From an uncultured virus (IMG/VR IMGVR_UViG_3300021140_000006) (lineage: Duplodnaviria; Heunggongvirae; Uroviricota; Caudoviricetes): 20,000 nt of DNA. The notes under the pieces are model-generated. The model was not told where the DNA came from, did not search any database, and saw only the letters and a list, made by a program, of their open reading frames with translations. The translations under genes and the position numbers were made by a program. The stretch lies in IMG/VR virus record IMGVR_UViG_3300021140_000006. The stretch is one strand, 5' to 3'. Of this stretch, positions 7,580 through 16,704 are shown one piece after another (the first letter of the stretch is position 1; each line of letters opens with the position of its first letter).

Positions 7580-9385
7580 GTGGCAAACAAACAGATAACC
7601 ACTCAAGATTTAGATTTTGATAAAATCAAGTCTAATTTAAAGACATTTCTACAAGGTCAAACAGACTTATCAGATTATAATTTTGAAGGTTCTGGTTTAT
7701 CCTTGTTGTTGGATGTCTTAGCATATAATACTCACTACAACAATCTGTATCTCAACTTAGCAGTCAATGAATCTTTTCTCGATTCTGCTGTTATAAGAAA
7801 TAGTGTTGTCTCTAAAGCATTTGAACTTGGATACCTTCCAAAATCAGCAACTTCTGCTAAAGCAGTGGTTAATATTACTCTTACTAATGTATCTGGCAAT
7901 CCTGGCATAGTCTCGATTCCATCACTTACTGCATTCAATACTACAGTTAATGGTTCTAATTTCTCATTCTATAATATGGAACCTAGTGTAGCCACTAGCG
8001 TAAATGGAATCTATAAATTTAGTGATCTTGTTATAACTGAAGGGACACCATTAACTCAAACTTATACAGTATCAGATAATACGACTTATACCATTTCTAA
8101 TACTAATGTGGATATTAGTACAATATCAGTTGACGTTTATGATAGTTTGAATTCTACTACCAAGGTGAAATATACTAGATCAACTGACATATTGAATGTT
8201 ACTGCTACAGATACAGTATTCTTTCTAAAGGAAATTGAGGGCGGAAAATATGAGGTGCAATTTGGTAATGATAGAATAGGCAAATCTGTATCGCCTGGCA
8301 ATATCGTAGTTATCAACTACTTCGTATCTAAGAAAGCTACTGCAAATGGTGCTAGATTATTCACATCGCCAAATCTTAGTACTAATGCTACTATTGTTAC
8401 CTTATATCAATCTCAAGGCGGTTCTGATATGGAATCGATTGATGATATCAAGTTCAATGCACCAAGATTATTCAATTCTACTAATAGAGCAGTAACTGCA
8501 GAAGATTATAGATCACTACTGCTTGCTAGATTTCCTAATATTGCCTCTATAAATGTATGGGGCGGAGAAGATAATCTTCCTCCAGTGTACGGTAGTGTAT
8601 TCATATCGATTCTCCCTAAATCAAATTCAGTATTGACTTCTACTGAAAAAGACGTTATAGTAAACGATATTCTTAAATCCAGAAAGATGGTAACTATTAC
8701 ACCAAAGTTCGTGGATCCATTCTATTTGAATATTCGATTAACTACGGCAATATACTACGATCCTAATAATACATCAAAAACTGCTAATGAATTGTCTGTT
8801 ATTGCTACTAATGCTATACTCGATTATAATACCGCAAATCTAAGACAATTTGATTCAGTATTAAGATATTCTAAATTGATTGCTGCGATTGATAATTCAG
8901 ACAGTGCTATAACAGGTAATATTACTACCTTAGTTGTTGATAGAAATTTGTCAGTAAAATTCAATGTTAATACTAACTATACATTCCATATTGATAATCC
9001 AATTTACAGTGCGGGAGTTCCTGAAGATGCAGTAACTTCAAATGGATTCTATGTATTTGGTGATTCAACAAATGTACAGTATCTGAAAGATGACGGATAC
9101 GGAATTATTCAAAGATACTATATTGATCCAATATCATTGAAGCCTGTAGTCACTAATACTAATCAAGGAACAGTCGATTATTCCATTGGAAAAATATCAT
9201 TGACTAATTTTCACATTACTAGATTAGCCAGTAATTATATGGCATTAACCTTCAAATTACAATCCAACGATGTAGTATCGGTTAGGGATCATGTCGTTAA
9301 TATTGATCCAAGTTTATTGACAGTAACTGCAATACCAGAAAGCGCAAATTCAGGACTAGTTCATACCTTTACTGCAAGTAGATAA
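7580..9385 (+). CDS. gp6: Baseplate wedge subunit gp6
   Basis: LDFDKIKSNLKTFL...DYNFEGSGLSLLLDVLAYNTHY...NESFLDSA..RNSVVS.A..LGY.P.S; ESIDDIKFNAP...RAVTAEDY; VWGGED...YGSVFISI; GTVDYSIGKI. GTG start. Confidence 0.95.
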   Translation: MANKQITTQDLDFDKIKSNLKTFLQGQTDLSDYNFEGSGLSLLLDVLAYNTHYNNLYLNLAVNESFLDSAVIRNSVVSKAFELGYLPKSATSAKAVVNITLTNVSGNPGIVSIPSLTAFNTTVNGSNFSFYNMEPSVATSVNGIYKFSDLVITEGTPLTQTYTVSDNTTYTISNTNVDISTISVDVYDSLNSTTKVKYTRSTDILNVTATDTVFFLKEIEGGKYEVQFGNDRIGKSVSPGNIVVINYFVSKKATANGARLFTSPNLSTNATIVTLYQSQGGSDMESIDDIKFNAPRLFNSTNRAVTAEDYRSLLLARFPNIASINVWGGEDNLPPVYGSVFISILPKSNSVLTSTEKDVIVNDILKSRKMVTITPKFVDPFYLNIRLTTAIYYDPNNTSKTANELSVIATNAILDYNTANLRQFDSVLRYSKLIAAIDNSDSAITGNITTLVVDRNLSVKFNVNTNYTFHIDNPIYSAGVPEDAVTSNGFYVFGDSTNVQYLKDDGYGIIQRYYIDPISLKPVVTNTNQGTVDYSIGKISLTNFHITRLASNYMALTFKLQSNDVVSVRDHVVNIDPSLLTVTAIPESANSGLVHTFTASR

Positions 9386-9387
9386 CT

Positions 9388-11028
9388 ATGACTTATAAAA
9401 TACCAGCATTATCAGTTGTACTAAATCAGTTCCCTGAGTTTACTCGAGAGGATTATCCTGGTTTTATAAAATTTATAGAATTGTACTATAAACACATAAA
9501 TGAAAACCGAATATCTGGCATTGGTGAGAATTTTGACGAACTGCAAGATATAGATACCACCCTTGATAAATTCATCGATGCCTTATGGAAACAATTTGGT
9601 ATCAATGTACCAAGGACTAGCATTCCTAATGATAGATATTTCTTAAAACATATTAAAGAATTCTATTCTACTAAAGGAAGTGAAGAATCTTTTCGAATGC
9701 TATTCAGACATCTGTATGATACTGAAATCGACTTTACGTATCCCAAAGAACAAATATTAATAGCTTCTGATGGCAAATGGGTTCAAGATATTTCAGTTCT
9801 TGTTAATGTCACTTCTGGTAATATTTTTGACGTCATTGACCAAACTACACTAATAAGCACCAATAGCCAAATATTTCCTGTTGTTGCTAATAGAGTAAGA
9901 TTGTTAGAAGATGGCCATTATGAAATATTCCTTGATAAATTCCAAAGAGATTTGATTTCAATTGGTAGCATTCTATCAATGAATGACGTTAATGCTACTG
10001 TGGTTGAAACTGTATCTAGTGTTAAAGTTTATAAATCAGGATCTGGATTCTATGTTGGTCAATTGTTTACTATACCATCGTACATTGGTGCCGATGCTAG
10101 AATAAAAGTAACTAAAGTTGGTCCAAATGGTGAATTGATAAATGCTCAAATTATAGATTTTGGTACTGGTTATAATTCCGACTTCTACACAACTTTAGTA
10201 TCTGGTTCGACACCTAAAATAGTAGTATCGGGTCAATTCAATTCTCAGACATTAGGATTTGTTGATTCAGGATTTGTATCATCTAACTTCTACGCTGAAC
10301 TTGATTATGCTAATGGATCGTATTCTGGCGATATCATAAGAGAATTCTATACTCGAATTGATGTTCCTGAAGGTACTAGATCAGATGATGAAAAGACTGC
10401 TACATTATATGTTTCAATCGGCGCTATAAGAAGATATCCTGGGTTCTATTCAGACAGTTCTGGTTTTGTATCTGATGCCTATTATATTCAAGATGGACAT
10501 TATTACCAGACAAATTCTTATGTAATATCTTGTGTCGAATCTATTGAAAAATACAGAAGTGTAGTAAAAGCATTATTACATCCATCCGGATTGAAACTGT
10601 TTGGTAATCAAATTCTTACTAATACATTTGATGTCATGGGCGATATTCAGTTAGTAAACAGATATTTTCAAAATGCTTTTGATAATTCTGTTGATCCAGT
10701 TGATGATAATAAATATAGTTTAACTAAGCCAATAGAAGATTTATTATCGGCTATTGAGTCTAATACTTTATCATTTAATAAGATACTTACAGAAACTCTG
10801 AGCGTTACTGATAGTCCATCTTGTGAATTATCAAAGGGGCATCAAGAAACGTTATCAGTAGATGAATCTTTTGCATCTATACTAACTAAACCTATGGCAG
10901 ATATGGTATCGTTTTTAGGAATCGTGTATTGGGATTCCTCGTACGCCGATCAAAACTACACAGACAATAATATAGAACCTGTAATTACTCATGCTGGATC
11001 TACATACTCAATTGCATTAACAAACTAA
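9388..11028 (+). CDS. gp7: Baseplate wedge initiator gp7-like
   Basis: QFPEF.REDYP.F..F...YY; LKHIKEFYSTKGSEESFRMLFRHLY...YPKEQILIASDGKW; IQDGHYYQ.NSYVI...Y...VK.LLHPSG.KLFG; follows gp6. Confidence 0.82.
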   Translation: MTYKIPALSVVLNQFPEFTREDYPGFIKFIELYYKHINENRISGIGENFDELQDIDTTLDKFIDALWKQFGINVPRTSIPNDRYFLKHIKEFYSTKGSEESFRMLFRHLYDTEIDFTYPKEQILIASDGKWVQDISVLVNVTSGNIFDVIDQTTLISTNSQIFPVVANRVRLLEDGHYEIFLDKFQRDLISIGSILSMNDVNATVVETVSSVKVYKSGSGFYVGQLFTIPSYIGADARIKVTKVGPNGELINAQIIDFGTGYNSDFYTTLVSGSTPKIVVSGQFNSQTLGFVDSGFVSSNFYAELDYANGSYSGDIIREFYTRIDVPEGTRSDDEKTATLYVSIGAIRRYPGFYSDSSGFVSDAYYIQDGHYYQTNSYVISCVESIEKYRSVVKALLHPSGLKLFGNQILTNTFDVMGDIQLVNRYFQNAFDNSVDPVDDNKYSLTKPIEDLLSAIESNTLSFNKILTETLSVTDSPSCELSKGHQETLSVDESFASILTKPMADMVSFLGIVYWDSSYADQNYTDNNIEPVITHAGSTYSIALTN

Positions 11029-11039
11029 AGGAACAAAAA

Positions 11040-11486
11040 ATGTTTAATCAAGAAACGATAGCAATGAAAGGTGAATTAACCATTGATAGATATGATATTA
11101 GTGGTAAATTAGTTGAAAAAAGAAAAATACCTAATCTCGTGGTGACTTCTGGTAAATCATTAATGATTTCGAGATTATTAGGAACTACTGATGGTGTAAT
11201 GACGCATATGGGTGTCGGTACAGGTATTACTAGTCCAGTTGTTGGTAATACTGCATTAGAAATTGCATTAGGTGCTCGAATTGCTCTAACATCAGCAACA
11301 CAATCTTCAAACTCAGTAACTTATGTTGGCACGTTTGCTGCAGGCGTTTCTACTGGTGCTATTACTGAAGCAGGTATTTTCAATGCATTAACTTCTGGCA
11401 CTATGTTATGTCGTACAGTATTTCCTGTAGTAAATAAAGCGGCAGGCGATTCAATTATTATTACTTGGAATATTACTATTTCTTAA
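11040..11486 (+). CDS. Small virion structural protein, possibly a baseplate fibre-attachment module
   Basis: Clean 148-aa ORF with AAGGA SD; NLVVTSGK...HMGVGTG...TAL...TF...ITEAGIFN...MLCRTVF.VVNK...ITWNITI resembles tail-fibre N-terminal/attachment (DUF3751-like) modules; lies between gp7 and gp8. Confidence 0.6.
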   Translation: MFNQETIAMKGELTIDRYDISGKLVEKRKIPNLVVTSGKSLMISRLLGTTDGVMTHMGVGTGITSPVVGNTALEIALGARIALTSATQSSNSVTYVGTFAAGVSTGAITEAGIFNALTSGTMLCRTVFPVVNKAAGDSIIITWNITIS

Positions 11487-11495
11487 GGAAGAATT

Positions 11496-13517
11496 ATGAC
11501 CGCAGCTATTTGTCCATTAATGCATAATGCTATAGCAGATTCTATCTATAATAGTATTGTGTCAAAATCGGCTAAGTATTATTCTTTCTTGGGCAAAACA
11601 GTTCCCTTAGAAATTGTAAATGGTTCTGAGTTAGTAGAAGTACCTTCATCAACTTACAAATATGAGTTATCTACGCGTAGAGATATTATTTCTATGAAAT
11701 CAATAACCAATAATGATGTGAGTTATGTCGTTCCGAGAATTGACTGGGTTCAAGGGGAAATATATGACCACTACGATGATTCGTATTCAGTAAGCACTCC
11801 TTCTCAGTCTGGTGCCACTAGTATAAATGATGCTAAATTTTATGTATTGACTTCTAATTATAATGTCTATATGTGTTTAGATAATAACTATGATAGTCCG
11901 TCATTAGTTTTGCCGACCGGATACGACGTTCTTCCATTTACTACTAGCGATGGTTATAAATGGAAATATGTTATGAATATTCCATTATCATTAAGATCTA
12001 AATTCTTGACTAATTTATACATGCCTATCACTAATGCGGTCAATAATATTTTTTATAATAATGGTGCCATTGATAATATTATAATTGATAATACAGGAAC
12101 TGGTTATCCTTCTAATACGACTGCTGCAATAACTGTGACGAGTCCAAATATACTAGCAGGTTCATTTGTTATAAGTCAATCCTACATCATTACGAATCTT
12201 GGTACTGCGTCATCACTTCAGACAAAATGGAATACTGTTGCCGGAACAACTGGCACGACTTATACAATAGGATCTACATTTACTGCTGCTACTAATGGTT
12301 CTATTTTAACCGGTGCTATAGTAAAAGGCAGAGGAGCAATCATGACTCCTCGTATATCTTCCATTGATGGGTCAATTACTTCTGTTAAAATTACTAATGG
12401 TGGTACTGGATATCCATCAGGCACCACTTTAACATTATCTGGAGACGGAACTGGTAAATTTACTGGGAATGCTACCGCTTTAATTACACCAGTAATGACC
12501 AATGGTGTAATTACTCACGTTATTATAAATGATCCTGGCAAAGATTATAATAACAATGCTACCAACTTATCAATTATAAGTTCAACTGGATTGGATGCTC
12601 ATTTAACTCCTATAGTACAGTCTGGTCAGATAGTAGATGTGATTATTGATAATCCTGGATACGGATACAAAGATGCTAAGATTACTGCTACAGGTATTGG
12701 AGGTTCTGGCGCTAGATTAATTGCTAATGTGTCTGGAGGAAAACTTGATACAATTCAGGCTAATGTAGAATTATTAACAGTTGATGGTACTATCGATTAC
12801 ATTAAACTTATAGATGGTGGCAATGGTTATTCTAATATCAATGTTACTATTGCAGGTGACGGCACTGGAGCAACTGCTACAGCAAATCTTGTTGCGGGTT
12901 CGGTACGATCTATTACTATAACTAATAGAGGATCTGGTTACACCTATGCTAATGTCACTTTAACTCCTCAAGGTGGTACGAATGCTACTCCTCCAACAGC
13001 AAGGGCAATTATATCGCCAAAATATGGCCACGGTAAGAATGCTCTATCAGAATTATTTGCTAGCACATTAATGTTCTATTCAGATATTGCTCAATCGAAT
13101 AGTACTGGATTTGCTTTGAATAACGATTATCGCCAATTTGGCATTATTAAAAATCCAAATGAATTTGGTTCGACTCAATCGTTATACAATACTATTGGTA
13201 CTGCTTGCTATTCAGTGGATGTTGCCGTTTCTAATGGTATTATAGTAGAAGATATGATACTTACAGATTCCAGTGGTAATAACTTTGTAGTAATTGCTAA
13301 ATCGGATACTTCGTTACTATTACAGCCCAGAGATAACTCTATATTAGAAATAGGCATGAATTTAACACACGAATCTATAGTGGTTAACATTTCTGATATC
13401 AACTACGAACCTTCAGTTGATAGATATAGTGGTGATTTGTTGTATATTGATAATCGTTCAGCATTCTATCAAACTGAAGACCAAACGGTAATATTACAAA
13501 CTATCCTGAAGTTTTAA
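11496..13517 (+). CDS. gp8: Baseplate wedge subunit gp8-like with G-x-G-Y beta repeats
   Basis: MKSI...DVSYVVPRIDW..G..YD.Y; FYVLTSNYNVYMCLDNN; TSDGYKWKYV; ISPKYGHG; NDYRQFGIIKNP; SGDLLYIDNR...Q. Six I..(G/P)GxGY-type units (approx. 12060-13000). Confidence 0.88.
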   Translation: MTAAICPLMHNAIADSIYNSIVSKSAKYYSFLGKTVPLEIVNGSELVEVPSSTYKYELSTRRDIISMKSITNNDVSYVVPRIDWVQGEIYDHYDDSYSVSTPSQSGATSINDAKFYVLTSNYNVYMCLDNNYDSPSLVLPTGYDVLPFTTSDGYKWKYVMNIPLSLRSKFLTNLYMPITNAVNNIFYNNGAIDNIIIDNTGTGYPSNTTAAITVTSPNILAGSFVISQSYIITNLGTASSLQTKWNTVAGTTGTTYTIGSTFTAATNGSILTGAIVKGRGAIMTPRISSIDGSITSVKITNGGTGYPSGTTLTLSGDGTGKFTGNATALITPVMTNGVITHVIINDPGKDYNNNATNLSIISSTGLDAHLTPIVQSGQIVDVIIDNPGYGYKDAKITATGIGGSGARLIANVSGGKLDTIQANVELLTVDGTIDYIKLIDGGNGYSNINVTIAGDGTGATATANLVAGSVRSITITNRGSGYTYANVTLTPQGGTNATPPTARAIISPKYGHGKNALSELFASTLMFYSDIAQSNSTGFALNNDYRQFGIIKNPNEFGSTQSLYNTIGTACYSVDVAVSNGIIVEDMILTDSSGNNFVVIAKSDTSLLLQPRDNSILEIGMNLTHESIVVNISDINYEPSVDRYSGDLLYIDNRSAFYQTEDQTVILQTILKF

Positions 13518-13523
13518 TAAATA
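13516..13523 (+). promoter_or_regulatory. Probable late promoter (AATAAATA) overlapping the gp8 stop codon
   Basis: TAA-TAAATA about 37 nt upstream of ATG 13560; one mismatch to T4 TATAAATA; the same arrangement recurs at 16669. Confidence 0.5.
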
Positions 13524-13559
13524 CGACTATAATTACTGTGTATAGAAAAGGAATATCAA

Positions 13560-16500
13560 ATGATTAATCTGAACGTCGAACCATATTATGATGATTTCGA
13601 TGAGACCAAACATTTCCAAAAGATCTTGTTTAAACCTGGTTATGCGGTTCAAGCAAGAGAATTGACTCAAATGCAATCTATCATTCAAGCACAGATTGAT
13701 AGATTTGGTTCACATATTTTTACTGATGGTTCAGTAGTTCATGACGGTAAACATGCCCCACTCAAAGCAAATGCTATTGCCATTGCTTCGTTTACCGGAA
13801 CTACTGACTTCACGTTCTTCAAAGATAAAATCATATATGTCGGTTCAGTAAAAAAACGAGTAGTTCATACTGCCATTAATAATGATAACTATTACTTGTT
13901 TACTACTGATGTAACTGATGGTAACATTGAAGAAAATGCTACCATTCTTGTACAAGACTATGCCAACTATTCATTAACTTCAGAATCGTCGGCTAACACA
14001 ATTGTGTACGGCGATGCTATGCTCCACGAAATTAAGTCTGGCATATACTTTGTAAATGGTGCTTTCGTTAGAGTAGAAGATCAAATTATTGTAGGTTCAT
14101 ATAGTTCCAACAAAGCATCCTTTGATGTTTATTTGGTTGCTTATGAGTATATTATTTCCTATAATGAAGATGAATCATTACTTGATAATGCTTATGGTTC
14201 ACCCAACTATGCTGCTCCTGGTGCTGACAGACATTCTATAGAATTGGTATTAGAAACTACTATGGCAGGTACTGGCATATCTACCAATAGCAAACATTTC
14301 TTAATAGCATCCTATAGAGATGGTGTTATGATTGGTAATGTTAATGCACCTGAATATTCCGATCTCGAAAAGCATCTAGCAGATAGAACATACCAGGAAT
14401 CTGGCGATTATACAGTTAAACCATTTATTGGTCAAGTTATCGACCATCCATCAGATGAATCTAAATTTGTATTTAAATTAGATACAGGTAGTGCATTTGT
14501 TCAGGGATATCAAGTAGCTACAGAAGGTCCAACTTCACTCATTATAGATAAAGCAAGAACTACTGCGTTTTTGAATAATAGTCAGATTCAAATTGATAAA
14601 GGCCCGTATATTCTAGTTGAGAATCTTACTGGTTTGATATCGCCATACTCGATGGTCACCATTGATATCCATAATGTAATAACACCATCTAATTCTGCTA
14701 CTAATTACGTTAAAACTAAAATTGGTACTGCTACTGCGTTTGGAACTGTGTATGATAGTACTAATACCGGCACTACTAATACCTACAAATTATTCTTGAC
14801 TGACATTGCCCTAGATGCTACTGCTTCTATCAGCAATGCTAGAAGTTTTGTAGTTACAACGGGATCAAGTACCTATAGTTGGACATTCTATGCTCAGTAC
14901 AGTACAGAATCTTATGATAAAACTACTATATTAGGTGCTACCACTACTGATGTTACTATACAAAACTCACAGAATTACACTCAACTATTTAAGTTAGGCA
15001 ATACTCCAGTAAAGACCCACGTGAACAGTGGCACAAATTTAACCGATATTACTTACCAATATTACAAATCATTTACTAGCACATCGTTTGCTAGAAGTGC
15101 TGGTTCGTCGTCGGCTACACTGACCTTAAGCGGTACACAATTCTTTATAGGAAGTGGAATATTATCTTCGTCGACTGTATCATCTCAATGGTATGCTACT
15201 GTACGCTCGGTCGGATCTGGCTCTGGTACTCCACCTGCCGTTGGTCAAGTTTTCAAGTTAGAAAACGGTACAGTAAATGTCTCATCAGATACTTCTGCTG
15301 TAGTTACTGTTCCTGTTGATTACAATATGGTACTTGATGTATATGTTGTTATCGGTGAATCAACATCAACATTTAGAAATAAAGTACTCCATACTGGTTC
15401 TACTTTGACAGTGACTGGATCAAATATGAGTAGTTCTACAATCTCATTACTGAAAGCTGATGGTATAAGTTTGACTAGCGTCATTGATAATAACGGAACT
15501 GATCATATAGACAAATACTCGTTTAATACTGGACAAAAAGATTATTATTATGATCACGCTTACATTAAATTAATCAACCCAAATAAGTCACCTTTGACTA
15601 CAGATCCAGATATTACTTCATTGGTTATAACATTCGATTATTATAGTCATACTGGCACAGGACCATTAACTGTCGATTCTTATAATGGGTTGGTAGATTA
15701 TAGCGATATCCAATCCTATAGAACAAAGGCTGGTGAGATATTAAGATTGACTGATGTTATGGATTTCAGACCAAGAAGAACTGACGGTTCAACTTCTTTA
15801 ATATTTGATAGTTATAAGAAACCTCATTTTGGTAGTACCTTAACTACCGATTATGAATATTATTTGCCTAGAATTGATAAGGCTATTATATCTACTGCAT
15901 CTAAAAAGTTAGAGATTACAAAAGGCATTCCTGCTAAGTATCCATTAGTTCCAGATTCTGGCGACTCAATGACACTTTATGTGTTAACGATTCCAGCATA
16001 CACATTTAGTATTTCTGATATCATCGTTGAATATGTGGATAATAAACGCTATACTATGAAGGACATTGCTGCCATCGATACAAGAGTGTCGAGATTAGAA
16101 TATTATACTACATTGTCGTTATTAGAAAAACAAGCAACGGATGAGTCTATACCTTCGGATGTTCCTGGCATCGATAAGTTTAAAAATGGTATTTTAGTAG
16201 ATTCTTTTGCTGGGCATAGCGTTGGTGATGTATTCAATCCATACTATACGTGTGCCATCGATTACCAATCGAGATATCTGAGACCGGGATTCAATAGTAA
16301 TTCTTTTGCTTATCAATTTGATAGCAATGCTAGTACTTCTGTTGTTAATAGTAATGATTTAGTAATGTTGGATTATACTGAAGTTTCTGCTATATCACAA
16401 ACTGCAGCATCTGAAACAGAATCCGTACAGCCATTTGCGGTATTCAATTGGAATGGTATTATGGCTATGGATCCACCTACTGATATTTGGACAGATACTT

Positions 16501-16670
16501 CAGTTCTACCAATGGCTACTGTAAATTTAAATGGTGAATTTGACCATTTAGTTCAAGCAGCATCTGGCAATGCTCAAATATGGTCTGATTGGCAAACTAC
16601 TGGCGTTGGTATTACAAACCTAGCACTGAAAAATAATGTGAGTGTGAAATCGCAGGTTACTGTTAACTAA
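13560..16670 (+). CDS. VrlC/DUF4815-type large baseplate-associated virion protein, N-terminal part
   Basis: NLNVEPYYDDFD...ILFKPGYAVQARELTQMQSI.Q.QI.RFG.HIF.DGS.V; L.DNA.GSPNYAAPGADR; LADRTYQESGDYTV.PF; GQKD.YYD; DFRPR; YYLPRID; NKRYTMKDI..I..R...LEYYT.LSLLE; KFKNGILVDSF.GH; VQPF.VF.W.G...P.TD.W. These are characteristic of the VrlC-like protein of T4-like phages. Confidence 0.85.
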   Translation: MINLNVEPYYDDFDETKHFQKILFKPGYAVQARELTQMQSIIQAQIDRFGSHIFTDGSVVHDGKHAPLKANAIAIASFTGTTDFTFFKDKIIYVGSVKKRVVHTAINNDNYYLFTTDVTDGNIEENATILVQDYANYSLTSESSANTIVYGDAMLHEIKSGIYFVNGAFVRVEDQIIVGSYSSNKASFDVYLVAYEYIISYNEDESLLDNAYGSPNYAAPGADRHSIELVLETTMAGTGISTNSKHFLIASYRDGVMIGNVNAPEYSDLEKHLADRTYQESGDYTVKPFIGQVIDHPSDESKFVFKLDTGSAFVQGYQVATEGPTSLIIDKARTTAFLNNSQIQIDKGPYILVENLTGLISPYSMVTIDIHNVITPSNSATNYVKTKIGTATAFGTVYDSTNTGTTNTYKLFLTDIALDATASISNARSFVVTTGSSTYSWTFYAQYSTESYDKTTILGATTTDVTIQNSQNYTQLFKLGNTPVKTHVNSGTNLTDITYQYYKSFTSTSFARSAGSSSATLTLSGTQFFIGSGILSSSTVSSQWYATVRSVGSGSGTPPAVGQVFKLENGTVNVSSDTSAVVTVPVDYNMVLDVYVVIGESTSTFRNKVLHTGSTLTVTGSNMSSSTISLLKADGISLTSVIDNNGTDHIDKYSFNTGQKDYYYDHAYIKLINPNKSPLTTDPDITSLVITFDYYSHTGTGPLTVDSYNGLVDYSDIQSYRTKAGEILRLTDVMDFRPRRTDGSTSLIFDSYKKPHFGSTLTTDYEYYLPRIDKAIISTASKKLEITKGIPAKYPLVPDSGDSMTLYVLTIPAYTFSISDIIVEYVDNKRYTMKDIAAIDTRVSRLEYYTTLSLLEKQATDESIPSDVPGIDKFKNGILVDSFAGHSVGDVFNPYYTCAIDYQSRYLRPGFNSNSFAYQFDSNASTSVVNSNDLVMLDYTEVSAISQTAASETESVQPFAVFNWNGIMAMDPPTDIWTDTSVLPMATVNLNGEFDHLVQAASGNAQIWSDWQTTGVGITNLALKNNVSVKSQVTVN

Positions 16671-16676
16671 TAAATA
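16669..16676 (+). promoter_or_regulatory. Probable late promoter (AATAAATA) overlapping the upstream stop codon
   Basis: TAA-TAAATA followed by an AAGGA SD (16693-16697) and GTG at 16705. Confidence 0.5.
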
Positions 16677-16704
16677 ATTAAAATTATTATAAAAGGAACT
16701 CAAC

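Noticed and set aside
16673..16688. AATAATT-AA-AATTATT palindrome as a terminator or bypass hairpin
   Set aside because: A/T-only stem with a very small loop, too weak to support and expected by chance in an AT-rich spacer.
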